From the IMG/VR virus record IMGVR_UViG_3300037070_001066, positions 40,772-104,771 of that record: a stretch of DNA of 64,000 bases; one strand, written 5' to 3'. Each line of letters begins with the position of its first letter. Within the stretch, counting starts at the first letter, position 1. The translations under genes and the position numbers were made by a program. Source of the stretch: a virus. Shown one piece after another: positions 9,007-17,456 of this stretch. The notes below the pieces were generated by a model, which saw only the letters and a program-made list of their open reading frames with translations, was not told where the DNA came from and ran no database searches.

Positions 9007-9982
9007 CAGTGAAACCATAGATTTATTTGTGTCCTATAGTAAATTATCTGATTTTGATCGAAATGGCCCTAGTTGCTTAGTCCACAAGACCAGTGGAGGT
9101 AAAGAAGCGGTTAAGCTTGGATCTTTAGTAGATGACTTGCTGTTTTTAGACAAATCAGCATTTGATGAAAAGTATTATCTATATGATGGTGACAAGCCAT
9201 CAGCCACATTAGGATTGTTATGTGATGTTATAACCAACAACTACATGGAGATACCTTCTAAAGAAGATGTCATCAAGATTGGTGTTACAAACAATTTCTG
9301 GACAAACATTAAAAAACCTGAATTATATTTAGCAAAATTCAATGTCCCAGAATTCTGGGATTATTTAGATACCATGTTTAAAGTTAGCAATAGAACCATT
9401 ATAACATCGTCTGAACTTAACACAGCAACAGATCTCGCTGAGATCCTTCGAACTCATCCGTATTCAAAGAGTATTCTTGACAATGAACTCGATAACTATT
9501 ACCAAGTTAAATTCCAATACGATTATAATGGTTTTAAAGTTAGGGGAATTATTGATATTTTAAGTGTAGACCATAAGAGTAAAAAAGTCGTTATGACTGA
9601 CTTGAAAACTGGAAAAGGGTCTTCTACAGAATTTGAAGAGAGCTTCGTTAAATGGAGATACTACTTTCAAGCCGCACTATATGTGAAAGCATTCCAAGAG
9701 ATTTGTGATGCATTGGAGCTTAAAGATTATACTCTAGAACCTTTTCAATTTCTATATATTTCTAGATCAGACAAAACACCTTTATTATTTATCACCACAG
9801 ACAAATGGATTAAAGCCGCTTGGAAAGGGTTCCGTATTAGTAAATACATATATAAAGGGATCGACGAGATATTAGAAGAAATATACTGGTGTTGGAAGAA
9901 CAAAGAATACATTATTCCAAAACGTGTAGCAGAAGCTAACGGAGTTGTTGAACTTAAAGATAATTTTATTGAAGTTGACTAG
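8960..9982 (+). CDS. PD-(D/E)XK exonuclease (RecE/exonuclease VIII-like)
   Basis: SYSKL, GSLVD, RGIID...TDLKTG and YYFQAALY. Confidence 0.8.
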   Translation: MKEEMKVNKLTEILDSSETIDLFVSYSKLSDFDRNGPSCLVHKTSGGKEAVKLGSLVDDLLFLDKSAFDEKYYLYDGDKPSATLGLLCDVITNNYMEIPSKEDVIKIGVTNNFWTNIKKPELYLAKFNVPEFWDYLDTMFKVSNRTIITSSELNTATDLAEILRTHPYSKSILDNELDNYYQVKFQYDYNGFKVRGIIDILSVDHKSKKVVMTDLKTGKGSSTEFEESFVKWRYYFQAALYVKAFQEICDALELKDYTLEPFQFLYISRSDKTPLLFITTDKWIKAAWKGFRISKYIYKGIDEILEEIYWCWKNKEYIIPKRVAEANGVVELKDNFIEVD

Positions 9983-10544
9983 TAAGAGTAGATATAACAA
10001 GTCCAAAACCTATCTTTTACCATTGATCTCTGAGGTCGTTGGTATAGAAAGTGACTTCATAGACTACTTGGAAGATACTTACTTGTTTGATGAACAAGGC
10101 GAATTTAAAAATTGTATTTTTATAAAGTATGAATCTGATTTTAGGAATCCTGATTTTACTTCATATGAGTATAAATTGACGAATAGTTCTTATTTTGTTA
10201 AGCACGTAGATATTGGAAATAAAGTAGTCTATGTTTTCAACTTTCCAGAAGAATATCTTCCTGAGTATAATCATTTTATAAACGGGGAATATTCAAGATT
10301 TGGAGAGGATGCTAAGATTTTAATCTTGCATTTTTGGACTCAAATGTATGGTAGAACTGCTTCTGGAATCAACGCGATTCTTAAGATAAAACAAGTACTA
10401 TATAGAGACAAAAAACTAAAGCAACAAATAGAAGAGCGTTTAAGTTCAGAGCACTGTCGCATTATCTTAGATGATAATGCTGAATTAGGGGATTTGGTTT
10501 TATTGGAAGATGAAACTTTTAAATTAAATGATAGTGATTTATGA
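9945..10544 (+). CDS. Hypothetical phage protein
   Basis: About 199-aa ORF in the operon between the nuclease and RNR; start uncertain. Confidence 0.6.
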   Translation: MLNLKIILLKLTSKSRYNKSKTYLLPLISEVVGIESDFIDYLEDTYLFDEQGEFKNCIFIKYESDFRNPDFTSYEYKLTNSSYFVKHVDIGNKVVYVFNFPEEYLPEYNHFINGEYSRFGEDAKILILHFWTQMYGRTASGINAILKIKQVLYRDKKLKQQIEERLSSEHCRIILDDNAELGDLVLLEDETFKLNDSDL

Positions 10545-10557
10545 AAGGGGATATTAA

Positions 10558-12426
10558 ATGAATTTGAACTTAGATAAGCAAATATTAAGTGATATAACGG
10601 TACATACAAAGTACGCGAAATACTTACCTGTAGAACAACGTAGAGAGACGTGGGCGGAATTAGTCAATAGGAATATGAACATGCACATTAAGAAGCATCC
10701 AACTTTAGAGGAGGATATCAAATATGTGTATGAACATTACGTAATGACGAAGAAAATCCTACCTTCCATGCGAAGTCTTCAGTTTGGTGGTAAAGCCATT
10801 GAGTTAAATAATAGTAGAATATATAATTGTGCATTCTTGCCTATTGATGATATACGGAGTTTCAGTGAAACAATGTTCTTATTGTTAGGTGGATGTGGAG
10901 TTGGATATAGTGTTCAAGGACATCATATCGATAAGTTACCTGAGATTAGGAAGCCTAACTATAGCCGTAGAAAGCGATATGTAGTACAGGATAGTATAAT
11001 TGGGTGGGCTGATGCTATAAAAACTTTATTTAAATCATATACTGGCTCTATTAATTCACATATTGAATTTGATTTATCAGATATAAGGCCAAAAGGAGCA
11101 CTTTTGGTGACAGCAGGTGGTAAAGCGCCAGGCCCGGAGCCTTTGCGTATTGCCCTTGTTAAAATAGAAGCAATTCTTCGAGAGAAGAATGACACTTCAA
11201 AACTTACAGACATTGAATGCCACAGAATTCAATGTTTTATCGCAGATGCTGTACTAGCGGGTGGCATAAGAAGAGCAGCTATGATAAGCTTATTCGATTT
11301 AGATAGTGATTCTATGTTAAATTGCAAAGCTGGTAGCTGGTGGGAGACTATGCCAGAATTAGGTAGAGCGAACAATTCAGTCGTATTACTTAGACATAAA
11401 ATTGATAAAAAGACTTTTGACAAAGTTTGGGAACGTATAGAAGTTTCAGGTTCCGGCGAGCCAGGTATATACCTTACTAATGACAAAGATTGGGGAACTA
11501 ACCCTTGTTGTGAAATTGCGCTTAGACCTTATCAATTCTGTAACCTATGCGAGATCAATATGTCTAACATACAATCACAGGCCGATCTTAATGAAAGAGC
11601 GAGTGCAGCTTCCTTCGTAGGCACGTTACAAGCCTCGTATACGGACTTTCATTACCTTCGTGATGTATGGAGAAAGAATACAGAAAAGGATGCCTTAATT
11701 GGTGTCTCAATGACTGGAATTGCATCAAAAAGTAATCTTGAATTAGACTATTCAGTAGCTAGTGAAATAGTTGTTGAACAGAACAGAGTTACAGCTGAAA
11801 GGCTTGGAATAAATCAGGCAGCTCGTACTACAGCAGTTAAGCCTGCAGGAACAACTTCGTTGGTCTTAGGTACGTCATCTGGAATCCATGCTTGGCATAA
11901 TGATTATTATATTCGTAGAATTAGATTAGGAAAGAATGAAGCAATTTATACTTACCTTTCTATCTATCATCCAGAGCTTCTAGAAGATGAATATTTTAAT
12001 CCTAAGTCACAAGCAATCATCGCTGTACCACAGAAGGCTCCTGAAGGGGCTATAACTCGTCATGAATCAACGATCGACCTATTAGAGAGGGTAAAGCTCA
12101 TTTCAAAAGAATGGGTTAAAACAGGGCACTTAAAAGGGCAAAACACGCACAATGTTTCTTGCACAGTATCTGTTAGACCTGACGAATGGAAAATAGTTGG
12201 AGAGTGGATGTGGGTTAATAAAGATTATTATAATGGACTTTCTGTATTGCCATTTGATGGTGGTACATATAAACAAACTCCGTTCGAGGATTGTTCTAAA
12301 GAGACTTATGACAATATGATGAAAACATTGAAAGGTGTAGATTTATCTAAAGTTGTAGAGCTTCAAGACAATACATCGCTGAATGAAAATTTAGCGTGTG
12401 GACCAGGAGGATGTGAAATATTGTAA
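10558..12426 (+). CDS. nrdJ: Class II (adenosylcobalamin-dependent) ribonucleotide reductase, monomeric RTPR type
   Basis: LPSMRSLQFGG, YNCAF, GGCGVG, TNPCCEI, TAVKPAGTTS and C-terminal ACGPGGCEI. No beta-subunit gene alongside. Confidence 0.9.
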   Translation: MNLNLDKQILSDITVHTKYAKYLPVEQRRETWAELVNRNMNMHIKKHPTLEEDIKYVYEHYVMTKKILPSMRSLQFGGKAIELNNSRIYNCAFLPIDDIRSFSETMFLLLGGCGVGYSVQGHHIDKLPEIRKPNYSRRKRYVVQDSIIGWADAIKTLFKSYTGSINSHIEFDLSDIRPKGALLVTAGGKAPGPEPLRIALVKIEAILREKNDTSKLTDIECHRIQCFIADAVLAGGIRRAAMISLFDLDSDSMLNCKAGSWWETMPELGRANNSVVLLRHKIDKKTFDKVWERIEVSGSGEPGIYLTNDKDWGTNPCCEIALRPYQFCNLCEINMSNIQSQADLNERASAASFVGTLQASYTDFHYLRDVWRKNTEKDALIGVSMTGIASKSNLELDYSVASEIVVEQNRVTAERLGINQAARTTAVKPAGTTSLVLGTSSGIHAWHNDYYIRRIRLGKNEAIYTYLSIYHPELLEDEYFNPKSQAIIAVPQKAPEGAITRHESTIDLLERVKLISKEWVKTGHLKGQNTHNVSCTVSVRPDEWKIVGEWMWVNKDYYNGLSVLPFDGGTYKQTPFEDCSKETYDNMMKTLKGVDLSKVVELQDNTSLNENLACGPGGCEIL

Positions 12427-12428
12427 GG

Positions 12429-12468
12429 TTAAAGGGTTGGGGGAATATTTCCCCCTTCCTAACTTTAA
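12429..12468 (+). terminator. Hairpin after nrdJ, probable terminator or processing stem
   Basis: GGGGGAA-TAT-TTCCCCC stem-loop at 12439-12455 with imperfect extension; U-tract is weak. Confidence 0.5.
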
Positions 12469-12479
12469 AAAAGATAATT

Positions 12480-12668
12480 ATGGAAATTTTATTTTTTGCT
12501 TTATTTGTAATTTACTCATTAATTACAGCCTTATGGGTGGCTAATCTTGCTGAATCTAAAGGCATTGAATTTTTAAATGCATTTTTGGTATCTTTCTTTT
12601 TAGGTCCAATCATTGGGTTACTGTATGTTGTTGTTAAATCTCTTGATTCAAATTGTAGTTGTAAATAA
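12480..12668 (+). CDS. Small two-helix membrane protein
   Basis: 62 aa with two hydrophobic segments (FFALFVIYSLITALWVA; FLVSFFLGPIIGLLYVVV). Confidence 0.7.
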   Translation: MEILFFALFVIYSLITALWVANLAESKGIEFLNAFLVSFFLGPIIGLLYVVVKSLDSNCSCK

Positions 12669-12712
12669 TTATTTTTAGTGGATGCACATGCGTCATTTAA
12701 ACATGTTATTCT

Positions 12713-13993
12713 ATGGAAGCAAATGAATTAAAGAATACTATACAAGATTTTGCTATTGAGAAATGGAAATCCAAAGATAAGGTTGGAACTATAGAAACAC
12801 CTTCATTAAACAGTAAAACTTTTATATTTCTGAAAGCTCTTTATACTATGCCTAAAGACGATAAGAAGACAATTCACTTGTTCTTATCTGAAACTATGAC
12901 TAGGGAAAAAGAAGCTTTGGCTGAGATAGTTAAGTTTGATGAAATTTTTAATTTAGATGTTTTAAGAGATTATAATCTGCAGTTCTTTTCATATGTTGGA
13001 GTTTCATCTTGGCAGAATAGAGAATTTGGCTTAGTTTGTTGTGATAAATTTCAAGAACAATTAACCGTTGGGAATTTTAAATTCCATCTAAATAATAAGT
13101 ATAAAGCTCTAATTGGAGTTACCAATTCTATAAACAAGTATAGTTTCTTTAGTATCAAATCTGATCTATTATTATCATCTTATTTCGATAAGAAAGTGGT
13201 TAGTAAAGAAGAAATGCTTGATAAAATTGCTCCTGTCTGCTTTAAATATAATATTAGAGGTGATTACAAGAAACCAGTCAAGAATAAATTGAACATCTTT
13301 GTTATTAAGAACAAATTAGATGCAACAAATCGTAATGTTAGACATGAAACTTTCAAATCTATAACTTACAAAACTGAAGAAGATTCATACAACCTTATAA
13401 TGAGTGAGATCAATGAACTTAAACTTAGGATTCCTGAAGAGGGAGAAGATTTGTTTGAGTTTACTGAAAATAAGATTGCAAGAATGAAGATACTTCTAAA
13501 TAGAAGAAACAAACTACTTTATACGCTAGGCTCTAAAAAGATATTAGCTGAAGGTCTTTTGTTTAGGCTAAGAGGAAGAACAATGATTTTTGGCAACAAT
13601 CTTCAATCATTGGAAATACTTACTGTAAGTAAGGTATTGTGTATGAAAAATACAGACGAAAGAAACTCTTTAATAAAGAGAACTTTTGATAATGGAAAAT
13701 TGAGAGCAATTAGCAACTATTGTGATATGGAAGAAAATCCTGATATATCAATGGCTGACAATTGTTTATTCAAAGATGTTCCACAATCAAAAGAAGACTT
13801 TGTTGAAAAGATTGCTAGCTTAAGAACTTTAAACAAGGAAAAAGCTGGTAATGTCTTTATTTTTGTAACTGAAGGAACACAAGAAGTTGCGTGGTTGAAT
13901 GAGTCTCTAAAAGGACTTAATGAACACAAATACATGCTTTGTGACAATTTAATTTCAACTTTTAACAAATATTCAATAATTGAAGACTACTAA
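12713..13993 (+). CDS. SF2 helicase-like protein, probably ATPase-inactive
   Basis: SF2 motif order is kept (Q motif, GTIE..., LVCCD, LIGVT, IFIFVTEGTQE), but Walker A reads TPSLNSKT, DExH reads DKFQ and motif VI reads EKIASLR. Confidence 0.65.
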   Translation: MEANELKNTIQDFAIEKWKSKDKVGTIETPSLNSKTFIFLKALYTMPKDDKKTIHLFLSETMTREKEALAEIVKFDEIFNLDVLRDYNLQFFSYVGVSSWQNREFGLVCCDKFQEQLTVGNFKFHLNNKYKALIGVTNSINKYSFFSIKSDLLLSSYFDKKVVSKEEMLDKIAPVCFKYNIRGDYKKPVKNKLNIFVIKNKLDATNRNVRHETFKSITYKTEEDSYNLIMSEINELKLRIPEEGEDLFEFTENKIARMKILLNRRNKLLYTLGSKKILAEGLLFRLRGRTMIFGNNLQSLEILTVSKVLCMKNTDERNSLIKRTFDNGKLRAISNYCDMEENPDISMADNCLFKDVPQSKEDFVEKIASLRTLNKEKAGNVFIFVTEGTQEVAWLNESLKGLNEHKYMLCDNLISTFNKYSIIEDY

Positions 13994-14294
13994 TATGATT
14001 ACAAAGGAAGAAAAAGATCAAGTGTACCAACACTTGGTTGAAAAGAATTATCATCACTATAATCTTTTAAAAGCTTCTGAAGAACTACAAGAGTTAGCTC
14101 TTATATTGACACAGAAGGTTAATAAGAAGAATAATGTGCCTGATCAAAAGATTATTGATGAAATAGGAGATGTGAAGATAAGACTTAAGGTTTTAGAGAA
14201 AATGTTTCCTAAAGAATTAATAGACGAAAGAGTAAATAAAAAATTAACTTCATTTCAAAGTTATATCCAAACTGAGAAATACAAAAACATTTAA
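13980..14294 (+). CDS. MazG-like nucleotide pyrophosphohydrolase
   Basis: KASEELQEL...IDEIGDV acidic helix pattern. Confidence 0.7.
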   Translation: MKTTNMITKEEKDQVYQHLVEKNYHHYNLLKASEELQELALILTQKVNKKNNVPDQKIIDEIGDVKIRLKVLEKMFPKELIDERVNKKLTSFQSYIQTEKYKNI

Positions 14295-14298
14295 AAAC

Positions 14299-15117
14299 AT
14301 GAGAACAGTAGAATGTAAAAAGTTAGGAAGCGTTACGTCTTTAACAGTTGGAAAAGTATATAATATCATTGAAGAAACTAATGATCGATTTTCTATTGAA
14401 AACGACAAAGGCGTTCAGATGAGGTATGGTAAGAATTTGTTTAATAATCCTGTAGAAGTTCCTGTAGAAGACAATCCATTATTAGGATTACCAGGAGCAC
14501 CTGTAAGAAGAGGTCCTGGAAGACCAAGAGGAAGAGCAGTAGGTCAAGAAGGTAGAATGCTTGCTCCAGAAATGGCTCAAGTTCCTGCTCCAGCACCTGC
14601 ACCTGTACCTGTTGTTAATCAAATTCAAATTAACACTTCTGCAAGCAATTCTAATGGACTTGTATCATTTAGAGTAGAGTCTATATTCTTGCAAGATGTA
14701 GTTCATACATATTCTACTGGGAATATTATCTCTACAAATGGTATTTCTGCATCTTGTGGTATTCAATCTTTAAGTGGTCTTGATGAATTAAGATATCATA
14801 TTACTCAATTAAGATCTGAATTTACGATCTTCGTAAATGAAAATCGAGGAAGATTTATATTAGCTGGAGATATTGACTTAAATTTACTATTTGAAGAAAT
14901 TGCTGTTGCATTGGTTCAAGACCTTGTAGCTTCTTATCAAGGAGGAGATGCAGACATCAAAGCAGGTATCTTGATTTTATCTACAACAGAAGATTCAATC
15001 AGACAAGAACCTTGTTTAAGAAGAGCACTTAATAATGCCTCTGCTGGAAACATTCCTGTTTACAATCCAAATAGCGGTAATGATATTGTTATGTGGAATA
15101 TACCTGTTGAGGCATAA
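14299..15117 (+). CDS. Hypothetical multidomain protein with AT-hook-like motif
   Basis: Small N-terminal beta domain (LTVGKVY...ENDKG), RRGPGRPRGR, a Pro/Ala linker and a C-terminal domain ending NPNSGNDIVMW. Confidence 0.7.
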   Translation: MRTVECKKLGSVTSLTVGKVYNIIEETNDRFSIENDKGVQMRYGKNLFNNPVEVPVEDNPLLGLPGAPVRRGPGRPRGRAVGQEGRMLAPEMAQVPAPAPAPVPVVNQIQINTSASNSNGLVSFRVESIFLQDVVHTYSTGNIISTNGISASCGIQSLSGLDELRYHITQLRSEFTIFVNENRGRFILAGDIDLNLLFEEIAVALVQDLVASYQGGDADIKAGILILSTTEDSIRQEPCLRRALNNASAGNIPVYNPNSGNDIVMWNIPVEA

Positions 15118-15154
15118 AATAAAAAGCCCTGTAGACAATTAAGTTTACAGGGCT
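15116..15154 (-). terminator. Intrinsic terminator-like hairpin with U-tract on the minus strand
   Basis: AGCCCTGTAGAC-AATTAA-GTTTACAGGGCT preceded by an A-run on the plus strand. Confidence 0.6.
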
Positions 15155-15195
15155 ATAATACCTTCTAAATAGATAATAACAAAAACAGTGACAAA

Positions 15196-15417
15196 ATGGC
15201 AAATCGTGTTTTATTTACAAATGTTAAGTACTGGGTTGGAGGTGGTAAAAGTGGGAAGCCTTTAAGGATTCGAAAACACCAAAACATTCATTTGACGATT
15301 CATATGCCAGTTGATGGAATAAAACCATATTACTTGGATATACTGTCTGATGGAAAATACATGTCTACAAAACTAACCAAAATTAAAATTAGAAATCATG
15401 AGCAACTACAAGAATAG
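15196..15417 (+). CDS. Hypothetical basic protein
   Basis: 73-aa ORF with A-rich leader, overlapping the next gene. Confidence 0.5.
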   Translation: MANRVLFTNVKYWVGGGKSGKPLRIRKHQNIHLTIHMPVDGIKPYYLDILSDGKYMSTKLTKIKIRNHEQLQE

Positions 15418-15652
15418 ATATACTAATAGATTGATTACGGAAACTGAATATTACAATTTGTTTCCATCTGAAAGAGGTGATTATGAAAGAATTAGTATTC
15501 ATGATGTTCCTCAAAGAGATTCTGGTGGAGATTTTATGACATCTGCTGTGATTGGAGCTGTAACAGATTCTGCATTCCTAGGAGGTTTTATTGGAGGAGA
15601 TATGCTAGGAGGAATTGTTGGAGATATAATTGACGGTGATTTAGGAGACTAA
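15398..15652 (+). CDS. Small glycine-zipper protein
   Basis: C-terminal GxxxG-rich run AVIGAVTDSAFLGGFIGGDMLGGIVGD; stop overlaps the next start (TAATG). Confidence 0.7.
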   Translation: MSNYKNRYTNRLITETEYYNLFPSERGDYERISIHDVPQRDSGGDFMTSAVIGAVTDSAFLGGFIGGDMLGGIVGDIIDGDLGD

Positions 15653-16143
15653 TGAGCGTCGTTAGATATATTTCTGACCTTCATCTTGGACACTTAAATA
15701 TGGCTACTAAAAGAGGCTTTAAAGACCAACATGAAATGAATGACCACATTATTAAGAGCTGGAACTCTGTAGTTGGAAGGAAAGATGTCACTTGGATACT
15801 TGGAGACATAACTATGGAGAAAGCGGTTCACTATCATATGTTAAACAGACTTAATGGACTTAAAAAAGTTGTATTAGGAAATCATGATAGACCAGAACAT
15901 GTGCCTCATTTACTAAATTACGTAAATAGTGTTTGCTCAATGAAATATCATAAAGATAAAGAATTTGGCAACGTTATATTTACACATGCTCCTATTCATC
16001 CTTGTGAATTAGACTATAGATTTACTATAAATATTCATGGTCATGATCACGAGAGAAATCTTAAGGATGAAAGATATATAAATATTTGTGCAGAATTTAT
16101 AGACTATAAACCTAAATTACTAAGTGAATTGATATGTCGATAA
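15652..16143 (+). CDS. Calcineurin-like metallophosphoesterase
   Basis: SDLHLGH, LGDI, LGNHD, THAP and IHGHDH. Confidence 0.92.
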   Translation: MSVVRYISDLHLGHLNMATKRGFKDQHEMNDHIIKSWNSVVGRKDVTWILGDITMEKAVHYHMLNRLNGLKKVVLGNHDRPEHVPHLLNYVNSVCSMKYHKDKEFGNVIFTHAPIHPCELDYRFTINIHGHDHERNLKDERYINICAEFIDYKPKLLSELICR

Positions 16144-16265
16144 TAAAATCAATAATTAATGGCAATGAAGTTTATGTATATTGGAATGGTGAATTGATTT
16201 ACAAGAAATGGTTTAATCAAGAACACGGTGTTGTTTTTCAAAATTACAAAAGATGGCATACATAG
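16134..16265 (+). CDS. Small hypothetical protein (43 aa), absent from the ORF track
   Basis: Manual translation MSIIKSIINGNEVYVYWNGELIYKKWFNQEHGVVFQNYKRWHT*; overlaps both neighbours and fills the gap exactly. Confidence 0.65.
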   Translation: MSIIKSIINGNEVYVYWNGELIYKKWFNQEHGVVFQNYKRWHT

Positions 16266-17335
16266 ACAGAGAATACCATAAATTGCTAAATGCAATTAAA
16301 AGAGATGGTTATACGTACGAAGATCCTAACAGAGAAGGAGTTTTTAGGACAGAGATTACAAGTTTTACAATAAGGCATTTGTTTAAAAATGGATTTCCAT
16401 TGATAAGTACAAGGGAGTTGAATTATAATAATATTATAGTCGAACTTCTTTGGTTTCTTAAAGGAGATACAAACATTAAATATTTAGTTGACAGAGGTTG
16501 TAATATTTGGAATAAAGATGCTTATAAGTATTATTTAAAAAAAGGAGGACACGCTTCTGAAAAAATGTTTAAAACTTTAGTATCACAACAAGATGAATTT
16601 GACTCAAGGATTAAAGATTATAAGTATGGTGATTTAGGTCCAGTTTATGGTAGACAGTGGCGTAATTTTAATGGAGTTGACCAAATAGCTAAGTTGATTA
16701 AAGGTCTTAAAGAAAAACCTTTAGGAACTGAACATATTGTAAACTCTTGGAATCCAGCAGATATTCCTGATATGGCTTTACCTCCTTGTCATTATGGATT
16801 TCAAGTTGTAGTTAGACCATTAACCGTATCTGAAAGGTTTCATGCAACTCCTGGTGCTAATCTAAAAGATGTTGATGTGTTTGTTGAGAACGCACATATT
16901 ATTTATTTAGATGGAATAGGGGCGCCTAAATATGGCTTCGAATTACACTGGGAACAAAGATCTGTAGATACCTTCTTAGGTTTACCCTATAATATAGCCT
17001 CCTACGCTTCATTAGCGTTGATCTTAGAGAAGATAACAGGTCATGTGGCACTAGGTATCCAAGGAAATTTAAAGAAGGTGCATTTGTACGATAATAGCCT
17101 CAATGCAGTAGCTCAACAATTGAAGAATGATCAGTATTTGAATGACGAATGTAAATTAGTATTTCCTGAAGACGAAGTTAATCCAGATGGACTTGATTTT
17201 AATCTTAGAATGGGATATTTAAGGGGGAATTTGAGCCTAAATGATTTCATTGAGGAAATGAAACCTGAGTGGTTTTCTATTGAAGGGTATTCACCTTATC
17301 CTTCAATTAATGTACCAATGTTAGCAAAAGATTAA
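16253..17335 (+). CDS. thyA: Thymidylate synthase ThyA (divergent)
   Basis: ELLWFLKG, LGPVYGRQWR, MALPPCH, QRSVDTFLGLPYNIASY and HLYDN. Confidence 0.92.
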   Translation: MAYIDREYHKLLNAIKRDGYTYEDPNREGVFRTEITSFTIRHLFKNGFPLISTRELNYNNIIVELLWFLKGDTNIKYLVDRGCNIWNKDAYKYYLKKGGHASEKMFKTLVSQQDEFDSRIKDYKYGDLGPVYGRQWRNFNGVDQIAKLIKGLKEKPLGTEHIVNSWNPADIPDMALPPCHYGFQVVVRPLTVSERFHATPGANLKDVDVFVENAHIIYLDGIGAPKYGFELHWEQRSVDTFLGLPYNIASYASLALILEKITGHVALGIQGNLKKVHLYDNSLNAVAQQLKNDQYLNDECKLVFPEDEVNPDGLDFNLRMGYLRGNLSLNDFIEEMKPEWFSIEGYSPYPSINVPMLAKD

Positions 17336-17337
17336 TT

Positions 17338-17391
17338 ATGTGGTGGATTGTTATTATTATAATTGTGTGGATATTATTATCTGAGGATTAA
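17338..17391 (+). CDS. Possible 17-aa hydrophobic micropeptide
   Basis: MWWIVIIIIVWILLSED* starts 2 nt after the thyA stop and ends just before the terminator. Confidence 0.4.
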   Translation: MWWIVIIIIVWILLSED

Positions 17392-17397
17392 AAATGG

Positions 17398-17443
17398 AAA
17401 AACCGCTAGAAGACCTTAATTGGTTGTCTAGCGGTTTTTTTTT
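17398..17443. terminator. Bidirectional intrinsic terminator between the convergent genome halves
   Basis: AAAAACCGCTAGA...TCTAGCGGTTTTTTTTT inverted repeat with A- and T-tracts on either side. Confidence 0.88.
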
Positions 17444-17456
17444 GACTTTTCAGAAG

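Noticed and set aside
493-13968. Short minus-strand and alternate-frame ORFs nested in the left-arm genes
   Set aside because: Fully nested in well-supported genes, with no motifs or independent expression signals.
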